Shown here piece after piece: positions 29,811 to 39,031 of a stretch of DNA of 64,000 nt (within the stretch, counting starts at the first letter, position 1; each line of letters starts with the position of its first letter). The notes beneath the pieces are model-generated. The model was not told where the DNA came from and made no database searches. It saw only the letters and a list, made by a program, of their open reading frames with translations. The position numbers and the translations under genes were made by a program. Source of the stretch: Candidatus Latescibacterota bacterium (lineage in GTDB: Bacteria; Latescibacterota; UBA2968; UBA8231); the NCBI GenBank assembly GCA_965197905.1, contig CBDAOB010000005.1, positions 1,248,001 through 1,312,000 on the forward strand, given 5' to 3'.

Positions 29811-31772
29811 ATGTTGGCAACCGATCCAGACCGTCGCACGTATGTGGCAACCGGTGTCGCCGCAGCAGGGTCCACAACGCTCCATCTCCTTGCCAATGTT
29901 TTTCCGGAGCATCTGTGGGGCGCACACCACCTGAAATTCCTCTTTCCCGAAGCCGTTATCCCATTCTACCTGTCCCCTTTGGTTATACTGGTTCCGTCCG
30001 TGAATCGGCAATTTCGTCGCATCGTCGGCGCAGTGCTCGGTGCCTGCGGGTCAACAGCTCTTCGGTACGCGATCGCACTCTGCGTATCCGCGCTGATCTT
30101 CTCCGCGTTTCCTCTTGACCACCGTCTCTTTGGCGACAATCTAGCAAGGCTAGGTGAAGTAGCAGGGCTGACCGAGATAGACCATCGCCCCCATGAGTAC
30201 GACACTATGTTACGCCGGTTCGTTCACCGCGAGCTTGGCGAATTGCTGGGTTGGGGTGTGGATCGAACCTATGCGACGATCTCCATTCTCTTCGGGGTCG
30301 CGTACGTCGGCGGATCCCTGGCCCTCTCTCGGCTTTTGGGTCGTAGCTCTGCGGGCGCTGCACTTTTGTTTTGCGGACTCCTATCGCCCGGGTATATGCT
30401 GCTCTTCTTCGGTTATGCGGAGGCTTACAGTTCTGTAATTTCAGCTACCCTGTTCTTTCTCTTGACCACGCTCGCATTTATGGAAGGCAGGTGCTCCATC
30501 TTGTTACCAGTGCTGACACTGGCCGCAGTAGGTCTCCTGCACATCATGGGACTCTTCGTTGCGCCAGGGTTGGTTTACGCGGCGGTGAAACGATACGAGG
30601 TGGATCGCTTTTTCCCTCTGATCCTCCGCCGTCACTTCGCCCCGGCGCTTTGCTTTGTCAGTCTGCTGCTGGGTTTGTGGTCCTTTCATCTGATACGGCC
30701 TTCTTCCATGCTCCCGCTGTTCGACCGGGTCGACCATCTACCGTACGGAATCCTTTCGTTGGCGCATCTTCTCGATATGGTAAATGAGCAGATGCTGGTT
30801 GCCTTACCCGGGTGGATCGGACTGCTGCTGGCGCTGGTACAGCCTCGGGGAGAAGCGGATCAACGGCTGCAATTGTTGGGCGTTGCCGCCGTCGTCAGCT
30901 TGGGGATGTGGTTGACGGTCAACCCGGCTCTGGGCAGTCTCGATTGGGATCTGCTCGCTATATCGGCATTGCCTTGGGTTCTTTTCGGTCTGTACGCCAT
31001 GATCGTCCGATTCCCTTCAGAGGGCTCTCTGGGTTACGCCGCAGCAGTGGTTGTCGGATTGAGTCTAACACACACGATTCCGTGGATCACACTTCAACGT
31101 TGGGGGGACAAAGCGGTTTTGGCGGTCGAGGCGATGGTAGTCAACGACGCCCACACCTTTGGTTGGCGCAGCGGAATTCTCGGAGTGAGCATGATATCTG
31201 AGGGTTTCCATGGAGCCGGACGGCGCCAGCTCGAACGGGCGGAGCGGCGTTCGAGCGACGAAGCACCGGTGGTCCTGCGGACGCTGGCGCAGATCTATCT
31301 CGAGGAAGGCCGATTCGACGAGGTCAACTCGCTGCTGCGGAGAACCCTATTGCTCGTGCCTGACAAGGCCACGCTGAAGATCTTGCGCGTCTATCGCAAA
31401 CGCGCGCCCAACGGATTGCTGGCAAGCATCGAGTTGCTGGAGTACGTCATCAGCATCCACCCCCATCCAACCTATTTCGGAATACTGGCCGAGTTTTATC
31501 GTGCGGCAAATCGTCGCGAGGATCTGTTTCGCCTTATGGATAAGCTGGACCGTACTATTTCTCGATCGGAGCTGTTGGCAACAACGGATCCAAACAATGG
31601 TGAGAATCTGATGAATCTCGGGGCTCTCTATCTTCGGCGCGGCCGCATGCGCGAGGCGGAGACCGCCTTCGACAACGCCGAGGCTACACCATTGGGCGCC
31701 AAGCAACGGACTTCATTGAGAGAGTTGCGGGCTATACTGGAAACAGTAAAGTCTCGGGGTTCACAAGAATGA
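29811..31772 (+). CDS. Polytopic membrane protein (GT-C-like) with C-terminal TPR repeats
   Basis: Many TMs, LFFGY.E.Y and DWDL motifs; TPR-like LAQIYLEEGRF and NLGALYLRRGR..EA. Confidence 0.6.
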   Translation: MLATDPDRRTYVATGVAAAGSTTLHLLANVFPEHLWGAHHLKFLFPEAVIPFYLSPLVILVPSVNRQFRRIVGAVLGACGSTALRYAIALCVSALIFSAFPLDHRLFGDNLARLGEVAGLTEIDHRPHEYDTMLRRFVHRELGELLGWGVDRTYATISILFGVAYVGGSLALSRLLGRSSAGAALLFCGLLSPGYMLLFFGYAEAYSSVISATLFFLLTTLAFMEGRCSILLPVLTLAAVGLLHIMGLFVAPGLVYAAVKRYEVDRFFPLILRRHFAPALCFVSLLLGLWSFHLIRPSSMLPLFDRVDHLPYGILSLAHLLDMVNEQMLVALPGWIGLLLALVQPRGEADQRLQLLGVAAVVSLGMWLTVNPALGSLDWDLLAISALPWVLFGLYAMIVRFPSEGSLGYAAAVVVGLSLTHTIPWITLQRWGDKAVLAVEAMVVNDAHTFGWRSGILGVSMISEGFHGAGRRQLERAERRSSDEAPVVLRTLAQIYLEEGRFDEVNSLLRRTLLLVPDKATLKILRVYRKRAPNGLLASIELLEYVISIHPHPTYFGILAEFYRAANRREDLFRLMDKLDRTISRSELLATTDPNNGENLMNLGALYLRRGRMREAETAFDNAEATPLGAKQRTSLRELRAILETVKSRGSQE

Positions 31773-32785
31773 TGGCGACGATAGAACGTCCTCCCGATCG
31801 TTTGCTGGCTCCTTCCTTCTGGACGAGTCTGTTCGGACGCGACATCAGCAGCTGCCGGGCCGAACTTATCGAGAGGGGAATGAGTCCCAGCACCGTGTTC
31901 CGAATGCACTTTGAACGGGGGGATCCAAGTTTTCCTACGCTTATTCTCAAGGTCTCCAGAGCCCCCTGGCCCTCCAGTGACCCGACCGGGTTTGGCAGGG
32001 AAGCGTTCGTTTATGAACGTTTCATTGGAAGAACGTCCACGGTGGGCCCCGAGCTGATCCATTGCGAGGCCGATGGCGACGGCACTGTGATCGTGCTCTC
32101 CGATCTGGAGATCGATCATGAGTTCAAGAGATCAGACCATCTCTGGAGCCAGACGGAGATCGTGCCGGTTCTCGAAACATTCGCTCGCTTGCATCTGCAA
32201 GCGGAGGAGATCGGCCATGCGGATGGTGGCCCCCTGGTTGCGGCTCCGAACCTTCGCTGGGGGCAGGCCGTCATTCTGGAGGCGGCGCGAAGCGTAATGC
32301 CTCACGTTACAGAAATCCCCTCAAGATTTCTTTCGGAGTGTGAATTCCTGCTCGGCAGGCTGGATCCGAACAGCTGGCAGCAGCGACCCTCGACGTTGCT
32401 TCATAGCGATTTTAATGCCTCAAATGTGGCTTTCTCGAACCGCTCCGGAGAAGCGCGGCTGATCGATTGGCATATCGCGGCTTGGGGTATGCCATCATTC
32501 GAGATCGGGTCGCTATTTTACCAGCCGCACTGCAACCACGTGAAGTTGAGCCGGTCTCAAACCCTGCGGCAGTATCTCCATGCCCGTTACGAGCTGGACG
32601 GAGTAAGATTCGACGAACAGGAGGAGTGGAACTGTTTCCGCTTCGCCCTGGCGTACGACGGACTCAGTTACCTTCCCCCGGTAGCCCGGAGTCTGAAGGA
32701 GGCAGGATCCCTGTCCGGCTGGTGGTTGAACATGTTGCAGAATATTGTTGAGAATCTGAATTGGGCGGCGCGAGAATACCGGTAG
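31769..32785 (+). CDS. Aminoglycoside phosphotransferase/choline-kinase family protein
   Basis: ILK, RE..Y, LLHSDFNASNV, LIDW. Confidence 0.8.
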   Translation: MMATIERPPDRLLAPSFWTSLFGRDISSCRAELIERGMSPSTVFRMHFERGDPSFPTLILKVSRAPWPSSDPTGFGREAFVYERFIGRTSTVGPELIHCEADGDGTVIVLSDLEIDHEFKRSDHLWSQTEIVPVLETFARLHLQAEEIGHADGGPLVAAPNLRWGQAVILEAARSVMPHVTEIPSRFLSECEFLLGRLDPNSWQQRPSTLLHSDFNASNVAFSNRSGEARLIDWHIAAWGMPSFEIGSLFYQPHCNHVKLSRSQTLRQYLHARYELDGVRFDEQEEWNCFRFALAYDGLSYLPPVARSLKEAGSLSGWWLNMLQNIVENLNWAAREYR

Positions 32786-32798
32786 AAATGCGGAATTG

Positions 32799-33821
32799 AT
32801 GGAATACGAGGAATTCGCCGCCGACCTGGAAGATTTCTGGGGGCGCCGGAAGAATGAGCCGACCCACCGGCGGGAGACGGTCTTATTCGGTCGCAACACT
32901 TGCATCCATGCCAATGAGGCGGCCGTGCTCGAGGCCGTCGATTTCTCGGCCCGGCTGTTCTCCCGCGTCGCCACGTTGTGCGACCGGTCCTTCGAGGTGC
33001 GGATCGTCGTAAGCCCGGCACCCCAACCGCCGCAGCCGGTGGACGAGAGCCTGGTTAACCAGTTGCACTACGTGGGACAGGGCGACTGGCTGCACATCCG
33101 CGCTGCCGCATGGGGCAGCGCCCACGTTGCTTTGAACCGTGGAGAAGCCCACTTGATACTGACCCCCGAGCTAGCGTGTCGGCCCGACCTGGTCAGCTCG
33201 TACCTTTTGAACACGGTGCTGCTGAACCTCGCCATCGCCGATGGGGTAGGCATGTTGCACGCCTCGTGCCTCATGCGGAACGGACGGGCGCTATTGCTGA
33301 TGGCGCCACACAACACCGGTAAATCAACGACCGCCCTCGAACTCGTGCGCGCCGGCTATCGCCTTCTTACCGACAGCATGGTCTTCTTTCAGCTGGTCGA
33401 TGGCAGGCCGCTACTCATGGGCATGCCGGTGGGCCGGATTAAACTGAGGCGAAATGTTCTCAGCCGTTTCCCGGAGTTCGAAGCTTCGTTGAAGGCGGAG
33501 CAGGTACGCTCTGAAACCAAATACGTGGCCGAACTGACCGAGCGTTCACAAACAGAAAAAGAAGCGGTTTCCGCGGCTGCGATCGCACTTTGCCTGCTGC
33601 GGCGAAGCGAGCTCGAGTCGAGCCATTACGTCGTCGTGGATCGGTCGGAGATCATGCAGGCTATCGTAAAAAACAGCTTGTACTTCGACAGCTCCATGGT
33701 GTGGCGTCGAAATCTCGATCAGCTGGAGCAGTTGGTTGAAATTGCAGATTGGTACAGCCTGGCGGTGGGAACGAGCCCCGCGGGAATCGTAGAAGCTGTT
33801 AACTCGATCCTGAACGACTAG
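32799..33821 (+). CDS. HprK-related P-loop kinase
   Basis: LHASC, Walker A-like APHNTGKSTT, GYRLLTD. Confidence 0.7.
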   Translation: MEYEEFAADLEDFWGRRKNEPTHRRETVLFGRNTCIHANEAAVLEAVDFSARLFSRVATLCDRSFEVRIVVSPAPQPPQPVDESLVNQLHYVGQGDWLHIRAAAWGSAHVALNRGEAHLILTPELACRPDLVSSYLLNTVLLNLAIADGVGMLHASCLMRNGRALLLMAPHNTGKSTTALELVRAGYRLLTDSMVFFQLVDGRPLLMGMPVGRIKLRRNVLSRFPEFEASLKAEQVRSETKYVAELTERSQTEKEAVSAAAIALCLLRRSELESSHYVVVDRSEIMQAIVKNSLYFDSSMVWRRNLDQLEQLVEIADWYSLAVGTSPAGIVEAVNSILND

Positions 33822-35038
33822 CCGATGTGCTGAGGAATCTCTATTTCCTCCCCCGTCATCTCGAAGATCTGGTGTTGGTACACCGTGCGTACGATAGTGC
33901 TTTCCAGCGCGGGTGGCAGGTCGACAAAACGCAATTGCATGGTCCGGCCATGCGGGTCTGACGTGTCCCGAAGTACCTGGCAGACAATTCCCCCCAGTGG
34001 GAAAGCTCCTTCGAAGTCGGGATCGATCAACACCCGGAAGCCTGCAGTCGTCGTATCCTCCGTCCTGACACTGAGTCCACCGGCACCCAAGTCCATCACT
34101 TCCACCTGAATGGCGGGTAGCTCTCGGGGGTCGAAAACCGCTTCATGCGCTTCCCCATCGTCGGCGTCAGAGCTGTCTTCCGGGAGCTCGACGACTACGT
34201 CCTCCTCCCCGGACGTATCGACGCTATCGAGCAACGCGATGGCCGCCTCGGTCCCCTTTGGCCCCGCATCTTCAGGCAGCACTCTGAGCAGCATCGGGAA
34301 GTGGACCGGTATGCGAAAAAATCCGCGCTGCTGCATGCGCTCCAGGTCGTGCACATGCTTGAGCAGAATCGTCTGCGAGACCTCGTCGACGGAGATTATT
34401 TCGGTCGTGAAACGATATTCCGTGTCCTGCTCTCTCCAAAACCGGGCGGACAGGTGGCTCCCCTGAGTCACCGCGCGGAATTCCCGCTGGTCTTCCCGCA
34501 ACATCAAGGTGGCGGAGAGCCCGCGCTCGTCCCGGCTTACCACAAGCCAAGGAGAAAAGGTTTCCGTGTCGCCTGCTTCCGGCTGCACCATCAGGGTGAC
34601 TCCGGGCTCCAGTTGCCGCGTGGTGCGCATCGGTTGGGCGGCATCGAGGGAATCGAACCCCAGCATCTCTCGCATCTCGGCGATGTTCTTCAACACGGGG
34701 TCTTCCGGATTGCGATCGGCCACGCGAGCTGCGTATCGGCCCACGTGTCGATCGAAGCTATACACGGAATTCAAAAGCATCGATGGGTCGCTGAGCGAAT
34801 GTTTGCGGCCCAACTTTGCGAGAAATCGCAACTGTTTCGGCTTCAGACCTCGATCCTTGCCCGAACTCCAGAACCGTTTGTGAATCGCCTGCTGATGGCG
34901 CCGCCGTTTGACAAAGTACCCCACCGCCATCGCCAACAGACCGGCACAGAGCAATGTAAACAGGACTTTTACTACCGGTGACGGCTCCTCAATCCGTGGC
35001 CGCAGCAGGGGCAGAATCTCGCGCAATCCTTCGTTCAC
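33818..35038 (-). CDS. Membrane-anchored PilZ-domain (YcgR-like) c-di-GMP receptor
   Basis: N-terminal TM; YRF.T.I, QRGFFR (RxxxR), DLGAGG. Confidence 0.75.
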   Translation of the reverse strand: MNEGLREILPLLRPRIEEPSPVVKVLFTLLCAGLLAMAVGYFVKRRRHQQAIHKRFWSSGKDRGLKPKQLRFLAKLGRKHSLSDPSMLLNSVYSFDRHVGRYAARVADRNPEDPVLKNIAEMREMLGFDSLDAAQPMRTTRQLEPGVTLMVQPEAGDTETFSPWLVVSRDERGLSATLMLREDQREFRAVTQGSHLSARFWREQDTEYRFTTEIISVDEVSQTILLKHVHDLERMQQRGFFRIPVHFPMLLRVLPEDAGPKGTEAAIALLDSVDTSGEEDVVVELPEDSSDADDGEAHEAVFDPRELPAIQVEVMDLGAGGLSVRTEDTTTAGFRVLIDPDFEGAFPLGGIVCQVLRDTSDPHGRTMQLRFVDLPPALESTIVRTVYQHQIFEMTGEEIEIPQHIG

Positions 35039-35146
35039 GATTCGTCCTTCTCCATTTCGGTCTTAGATACGAAAGACCACCTTGCAAGTCAATTGAGAAA
35101 TGCTTGTAAGTTGCTGTCAGAATTGCTATTAATACTAGCTAGGCGG

Positions 35147-35163
35147 TTGGCGTTCCTCTTGCC
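35147..35163 (+). promoter_or_regulatory. Possible sigma54 promoter upstream of the response regulator
   Basis: TTGGCGTTCCTCTTGCC (GG-N10-GC), 26 nt before the ATG, with AT-rich sequence upstream. Confidence 0.35.
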
Positions 35164-35189
35164 CGAAAACTCACCCCAGGTTATGCCCC

Positions 35190-35822
35190 ATGGCCACTTT
35201 ACTGATCATTGAAGACGACATGGTGTTTCAACGGGCGTTGAAACGCGCCCTCGAACCAGCCGGACACAAGGTGTCGACGGCCGACACCGGGCACAGCGGT
35301 CTGGCGATGCTGCAGGAGTATATGCCCGACGTTGTTCTGCTTGATTTGATTCTAGGGGATGGGGACCTGGATGGTCTCGAGGTCCTGGCGTGGACGCGGG
35401 CACTGAACTCGGAGCTCCCCATCATCATCATGACCGGTCATGCCTGCGTGGAGACCGCGGTGGAAGCGATGAAACTTGGAGCCAGTGACTACGTTCAGAA
35501 ACCGTTGAATTTCGACGAGGTGCTGCTCTTGATCGATCGGAGCCTCGAGGTGGTCAATCTGCGGCGAGAGTTGGATCGGCTCCGCAGCGCGCAGGTGGCA
35601 CCGATAGGGGAGTCCCTAGCCCATATCGTCGAAGAGCACCCCGAAGGCGATGTCTACGACGGTGTCCTTCGACAACTACTGATGGAAGCGCTGCAAAGAG
35701 CCGGTGGCAACAAGGCCCGGGCCTGCCGGTGGCTCGGATTGAGCAAGTCGCGTCTGGACTACCGTCTGCGTCAGTACGGCATCAACGCCACCGAGATTCG
35801 CAAGGCAGGGCGTAGTGGCTGA
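35190..35822 (+). CDS. Response regulator: receiver plus Fis-type HTH, no AAA+ domain
   Basis: IEDD, LLD, MTG, AM..GA.DY..KP; AL..AGGNK..A..LGLS. Confidence 0.88.
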   Translation: MATLLIIEDDMVFQRALKRALEPAGHKVSTADTGHSGLAMLQEYMPDVVLLDLILGDGDLDGLEVLAWTRALNSELPIIIMTGHACVETAVEAMKLGASDYVQKPLNFDEVLLLIDRSLEVVNLRRELDRLRSAQVAPIGESLAHIVEEHPEGDVYDGVLRQLLMEALQRAGGNKARACRWLGLSKSRLDYRLRQYGINATEIRKAGRSG

Positions 35823-36060
35823 AACGCTCCCAACTGGAGATGAACCCCTGGAGGAGAATGCGGCGCTGTTGCAACGGTTTGTTCACGATCTCAACAATAT
35901 CCTGGCGGCGGCATTGGTCAACGCAGATCTGCTGCAAAATCGGCTTGCGCCAGAAAGTCCTCTAATGGAGATCGTGGAGGATCTGAACCTTTCCTTGGAA
36001 CAGGCGCGGACGTTGATACAAGAGATCAGAGCGGCAGCGCCAAACCTCAAAGGGCGCTAG
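35815..36060 (+). CDS. Stand-alone HisKA (DHp) domain protein
   Basis: H-box VHDLNNIL in an 81-aa helical protein; overlaps the regulator stop; no HATPase domain. Confidence 0.65.
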   Translation: MAETLPTGDEPLEENAALLQRFVHDLNNILAAALVNADLLQNRLAPESPLMEIVEDLNLSLEQARTLIQEIRAAAPNLKGR

Positions 36061-36934
36061 TGGTGTCGTCCACTTCCTCGGCGCTGGGGATTGAATCCAT
36101 GGCGCCCGATCTCGAAACGCATATGGCCGCCGCAGACGTTGCCCTCTCAATTGAAAACCTTGCGTCCGCGCCTCGAGCGCGTTCTGCGAGGTAATATCCT
36201 ATGAAGGTATCTCCGGCCGCCGTGGTGTCGATTGCCTTTACCTTCGGCGCGTCAATCCGAAAGCCTTCCGAGCGATAGCGATACTCGGCTCCCTGAGCGC
36301 CCAAGGTTAACAGTACCTCGGCAGCGGGCAGCTTTTCCGCCACCCGTTGGGCTAATTGATCGATGCTGATGTTGCCGACGAGACCGGCGGCTTCGGTCTG
36401 GTTGAGAATCAAGCCGCTCAATTTGTGCAAGGGATATTTTAGCAGGTCGGGGTCGAACGGAGCCGGGTTGAGATAGATGCTCAACTCTCTGGTTTTGGCC
36501 TCATTTATTAAATAAGATACTTCGTTTATCTCATTCTGTAACAGTAGAGTATCTCCACTATGAAAGTTGGTCAAGCTGTCGGCGATATATTCCCGGGATA
36601 GATCAGTGTTGGCCCCCGCATGCAACAAGATCGAGTTCTCTCCCTCGTGGTCCACCTGGATGATAGCGTGTCCCGTCGGATGATTGGAAGTGGCTATATA
36701 TCGGGTTTCAGCGCCAAATGCGGCGAGTTTTTCAATCAGCCAGCGGCCATCGGGGCCCACCATGCCACCGTGGGCGACCTCGGCGCCAGCCAGCGCGAGG
36801 GCGGCGGTCTGGTTCGCCCCTTTGCCGCCGGCGAAGACCTGATAAGAGCGGCTGGAGATGGTTTCGCCAGGCCGTGAAATATGCGCTACGTTGTAGACGT
36901 GGTCTATGTTGATGGAGCCGAAATTGAGAATCAC
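36047..36934 (-). CDS. Ribokinase/PfkB carbohydrate kinase
   Basis: GSINID, GGKGANQ, LQNE, NPAP, DTTAAGDTF; GTG start overlaps the upstream TGA. Confidence 0.9.
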   Translation of the reverse strand: MILNFGSINIDHVYNVAHISRPGETISSRSYQVFAGGKGANQTAALALAGAEVAHGGMVGPDGRWLIEKLAAFGAETRYIATSNHPTGHAIIQVDHEGENSILLHAGANTDLSREYIADSLTNFHSGDTLLLQNEINEVSYLINEAKTRELSIYLNPAPFDPDLLKYPLHKLSGLILNQTEAAGLVGNISIDQLAQRVAEKLPAAEVLLTLGAQGAEYRYRSEGFRIDAPKVKAIDTTAAGDTFIGYYLAERARGADARFSIERATSAAAICVSRSGAMDSIPSAEEVDDTTSAL

Positions 36935-37671
36935 CTCAAGGCTTCTTTGAGCTCCGACTGCGCGTGGGTGGTGAGAAACCGCATGTCGCTGGCCAGATCG
37001 ATGAACCGAAAACCTTCCGCGAGCCGCGATCTGGCGCCCGCGGCATCCTGCACCGGCAAGCCGCTCGGTGTGCCCGCTTTCTGGCACCCTTCGCGAAAAC
37101 GTTGCAGTGCCTCTTCGTGGTCGGAGTGCCCTGCTTCGACGCCCATGGAAAAGGCCAGGTCTGTCGGACCCAGAAAGCCGATGTCGACACCCTCGACGCA
37201 TGCGATCGTTTCGGCATTGTTGATGCCCTCCATATCCTCGATCTGGGGAATACAGAGAACAGCGTCGTTTGCCGTCGTGCGGTAATCCGGAGAGATCAGG
37301 TTGCAGCGGCCCGAGCCAACCGACCGGCTACCCCTGGGAGGATATCGCATGGCTTTGGACAGTTTCTCGGCCTGCTCGGGCGTGCTGACGTGAGGGAAGA
37401 CGATTCCGTGGGCGCCAGCGTCGAGAAGGCGCGCCACGGTGACGGGGTCGTGGTCCCAGGCGCGCACCAGGGGTATCGATCCCCGCGCCTCGATGGCGCG
37501 GAAGGTCTGCGTGATCAGATCCAGATCGAAGGGGGAGTGTTCGGCATCCACGGCGATCCATGGAAATCCGATCGACGCCAGAACCTCGGCGGCCAAAGGT
37601 GAGGCGAGATTGAGCCAGCTTCCCACCGATGCCTCTCCGCGCGAAAGGGTTTCCCGTACGGGATTTTCCAT
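36931..37671 (-). CDS. HpcH/HpaI aldolase family protein
   Basis: DAEH, LDAGA.GI..P, RYPP.G.R, QIE, GPTDL. Confidence 0.9.
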   Translation of the reverse strand: MENPVRETLSRGEASVGSWLNLASPLAAEVLASIGFPWIAVDAEHSPFDLDLITQTFRAIEARGSIPLVRAWDHDPVTVARLLDAGAHGIVFPHVSTPEQAEKLSKAMRYPPRGSRSVGSGRCNLISPDYRTTANDAVLCIPQIEDMEGINNAETIACVEGVDIGFLGPTDLAFSMGVEAGHSDHEEALQRFREGCQKAGTPSGLPVQDAAGARSRLAEGFRFIDLASDMRFLTTHAQSELKEALR

Positions 37672-37748
37672 CAAATATTCCTCAGGTCTAACTTAATAGT
37701 GATACAAATACAAATTCCGTAATATGTTGCGATACAACAAGCTGATAG

Positions 37749-38873
37749 CTACTTGATAGCTATCAGACTATCTACTTCTGCCTTCAGGCGGGGAAGCACT
37801 TCGTCGTATGGAAACTGGCCGACCAGGTGGGTTCCCCGCTTCAGGTTTACGAAGTTGGGGGCGCACCACAGCCCGAGATCGGCATCGTCGGTTTCTCCAG
37901 GTCCATTGACCCGGCACCCCATCACCGCAATGGTAATGGAGTGCCGCTTCGCATATTCTGTCGTTTCGCGGACCTGTTGCGCCAGCTCTATGAACGCCTC
38001 GTTTTCGACCCGGGAGCAGGAGGGACAGGAAATGATATTGAGTCCATCCGGCAAAGACTTGGGAACCGATCGAAAACGACCGGTTTCGATGTCAGTGAGA
38101 ATGTCTCGTCCGACGCGGATCTCCTCTCCCTTCTCCTCGAAAGGCAGGGTCAGGGATACTCGCAGGGTGTCGCCGATTCCTCTGGGTATCAGCTGCTCGA
38201 AAGCGATGCGGGTCTTGATCACCCCGTCCGGAGGCATGCCCGCTTCGGTCACGCCAAGGTGCAAGGGAACATCTGGTCGTGCCGAAGCGAATCGGTCGTT
38301 CGCCTCGATGACCTTGTTCGGGTCGGAGTCTTTGAGGGATACGCAGTAACGAAAGAACCCGAGATCGTCCAGCAGCTGGCAATGTTCCAGAGCCGAAGCG
38401 AGCATGGGACCGATGGAATCACCCTGGGGAAATTTGGCTTTGTGTTCGGGGTCTACGGAGCCGCAGTTGACTCCGATGCGAACGGCGCAGTCATTTTCCT
38501 GGGCTACGTCGGCGAGATAGGCGACCTTTTCCGCAACCGGAAGGTTCCGTTCGTGGTGGTAAAGGTGTCCCGGATTGTAACGAATTTTCTGGACGTACGG
38601 GGCTACCTGCTTGGCGAGTCGATAGTTCTCCTGCAAGTCGACGCTGAGTGGGGTCGTCGCCTGCTCGCTGATCTCGGCCAGCGCTTCCACATCTTTACGG
38701 CTGTCTACGGCGATGCGAATCAGGTCGGCGCCAGCCGCCTCCAACAGTTCCACCTGGCGCACGGTCGCGGGGATGTCCTGAGTGCGGGTAGCCGCCATGC
38801 TCTGCACGGCGACCGGGTGATTCGCGCCGATCGGCGTACTGCCTATCCAGACCTCTCGGGTAGGGTTCCTCAT
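37749..38873 (-). CDS. ispG: (E)-4-hydroxy-3-methylbut-2-enyl-diphosphate synthase
   Basis: [54 protein letters not shown]. Confidence 0.95.
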   Translation of the reverse strand: MRNPTREVWIGSTPIGANHPVAVQSMAATRTQDIPATVRQVELLEAAGADLIRIAVDSRKDVEALAEISEQATTPLSVDLQENYRLAKQVAPYVQKIRYNPGHLYHHERNLPVAEKVAYLADVAQENDCAVRIGVNCGSVDPEHKAKFPQGDSIGPMLASALEHCQLLDDLGFFRYCVSLKDSDPNKVIEANDRFASARPDVPLHLGVTEAGMPPDGVIKTRIAFEQLIPRGIGDTLRVSLTLPFEEKGEEIRVGRDILTDIETGRFRSVPKSLPDGLNIISCPSCSRVENEAFIELAQQVRETTEYAKRHSITIAVMGCRVNGPGETDDADLGLWCAPNFVNLKRGTHLVGQFPYDEVLPRLKAEVDSLIAIK

Positions 38874-38910
38874 ACGTCACATTTCGTCGGGGATGGCGGA
38901 TGATTGCTAC

Positions 38911-38939
38911 ATTGTACGGGCGTTGAAAATTGTTGTCAA
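38911..38939 (-). promoter_or_regulatory. sigma70 promoter for ispG
   Basis: TTGACA-17nt-TACAAT, near-consensus. Confidence 0.7.
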
Positions 38940-39031
38940 AACAGGTCGCTATTCGGCCAGCAAACGACTCTCTTGCCGCGGATGACCCAGTTTCGATTCA
39001 GCGGCTGTGTTGATCGCCGCCATACCGGTCT

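Noticed and set aside
27371..33821. Lasso peptide biosynthetic cluster
   Set aside because: No precursor, RRE/PqqD, B protease or asparagine-synthetase-like cyclase seen
36935..37201. N-terminal extension of the ribokinase ORF
   Set aside because: Overlaps the aldolase gene; the ribokinase motif begins at GTG 36934
37827..38903. 358-aa + strand ORF, and similar long antisense ORFs such as 61830-62909 and 34145-34981
   Set aside because: Antisense to well-supported genes, with no recognisable motifs
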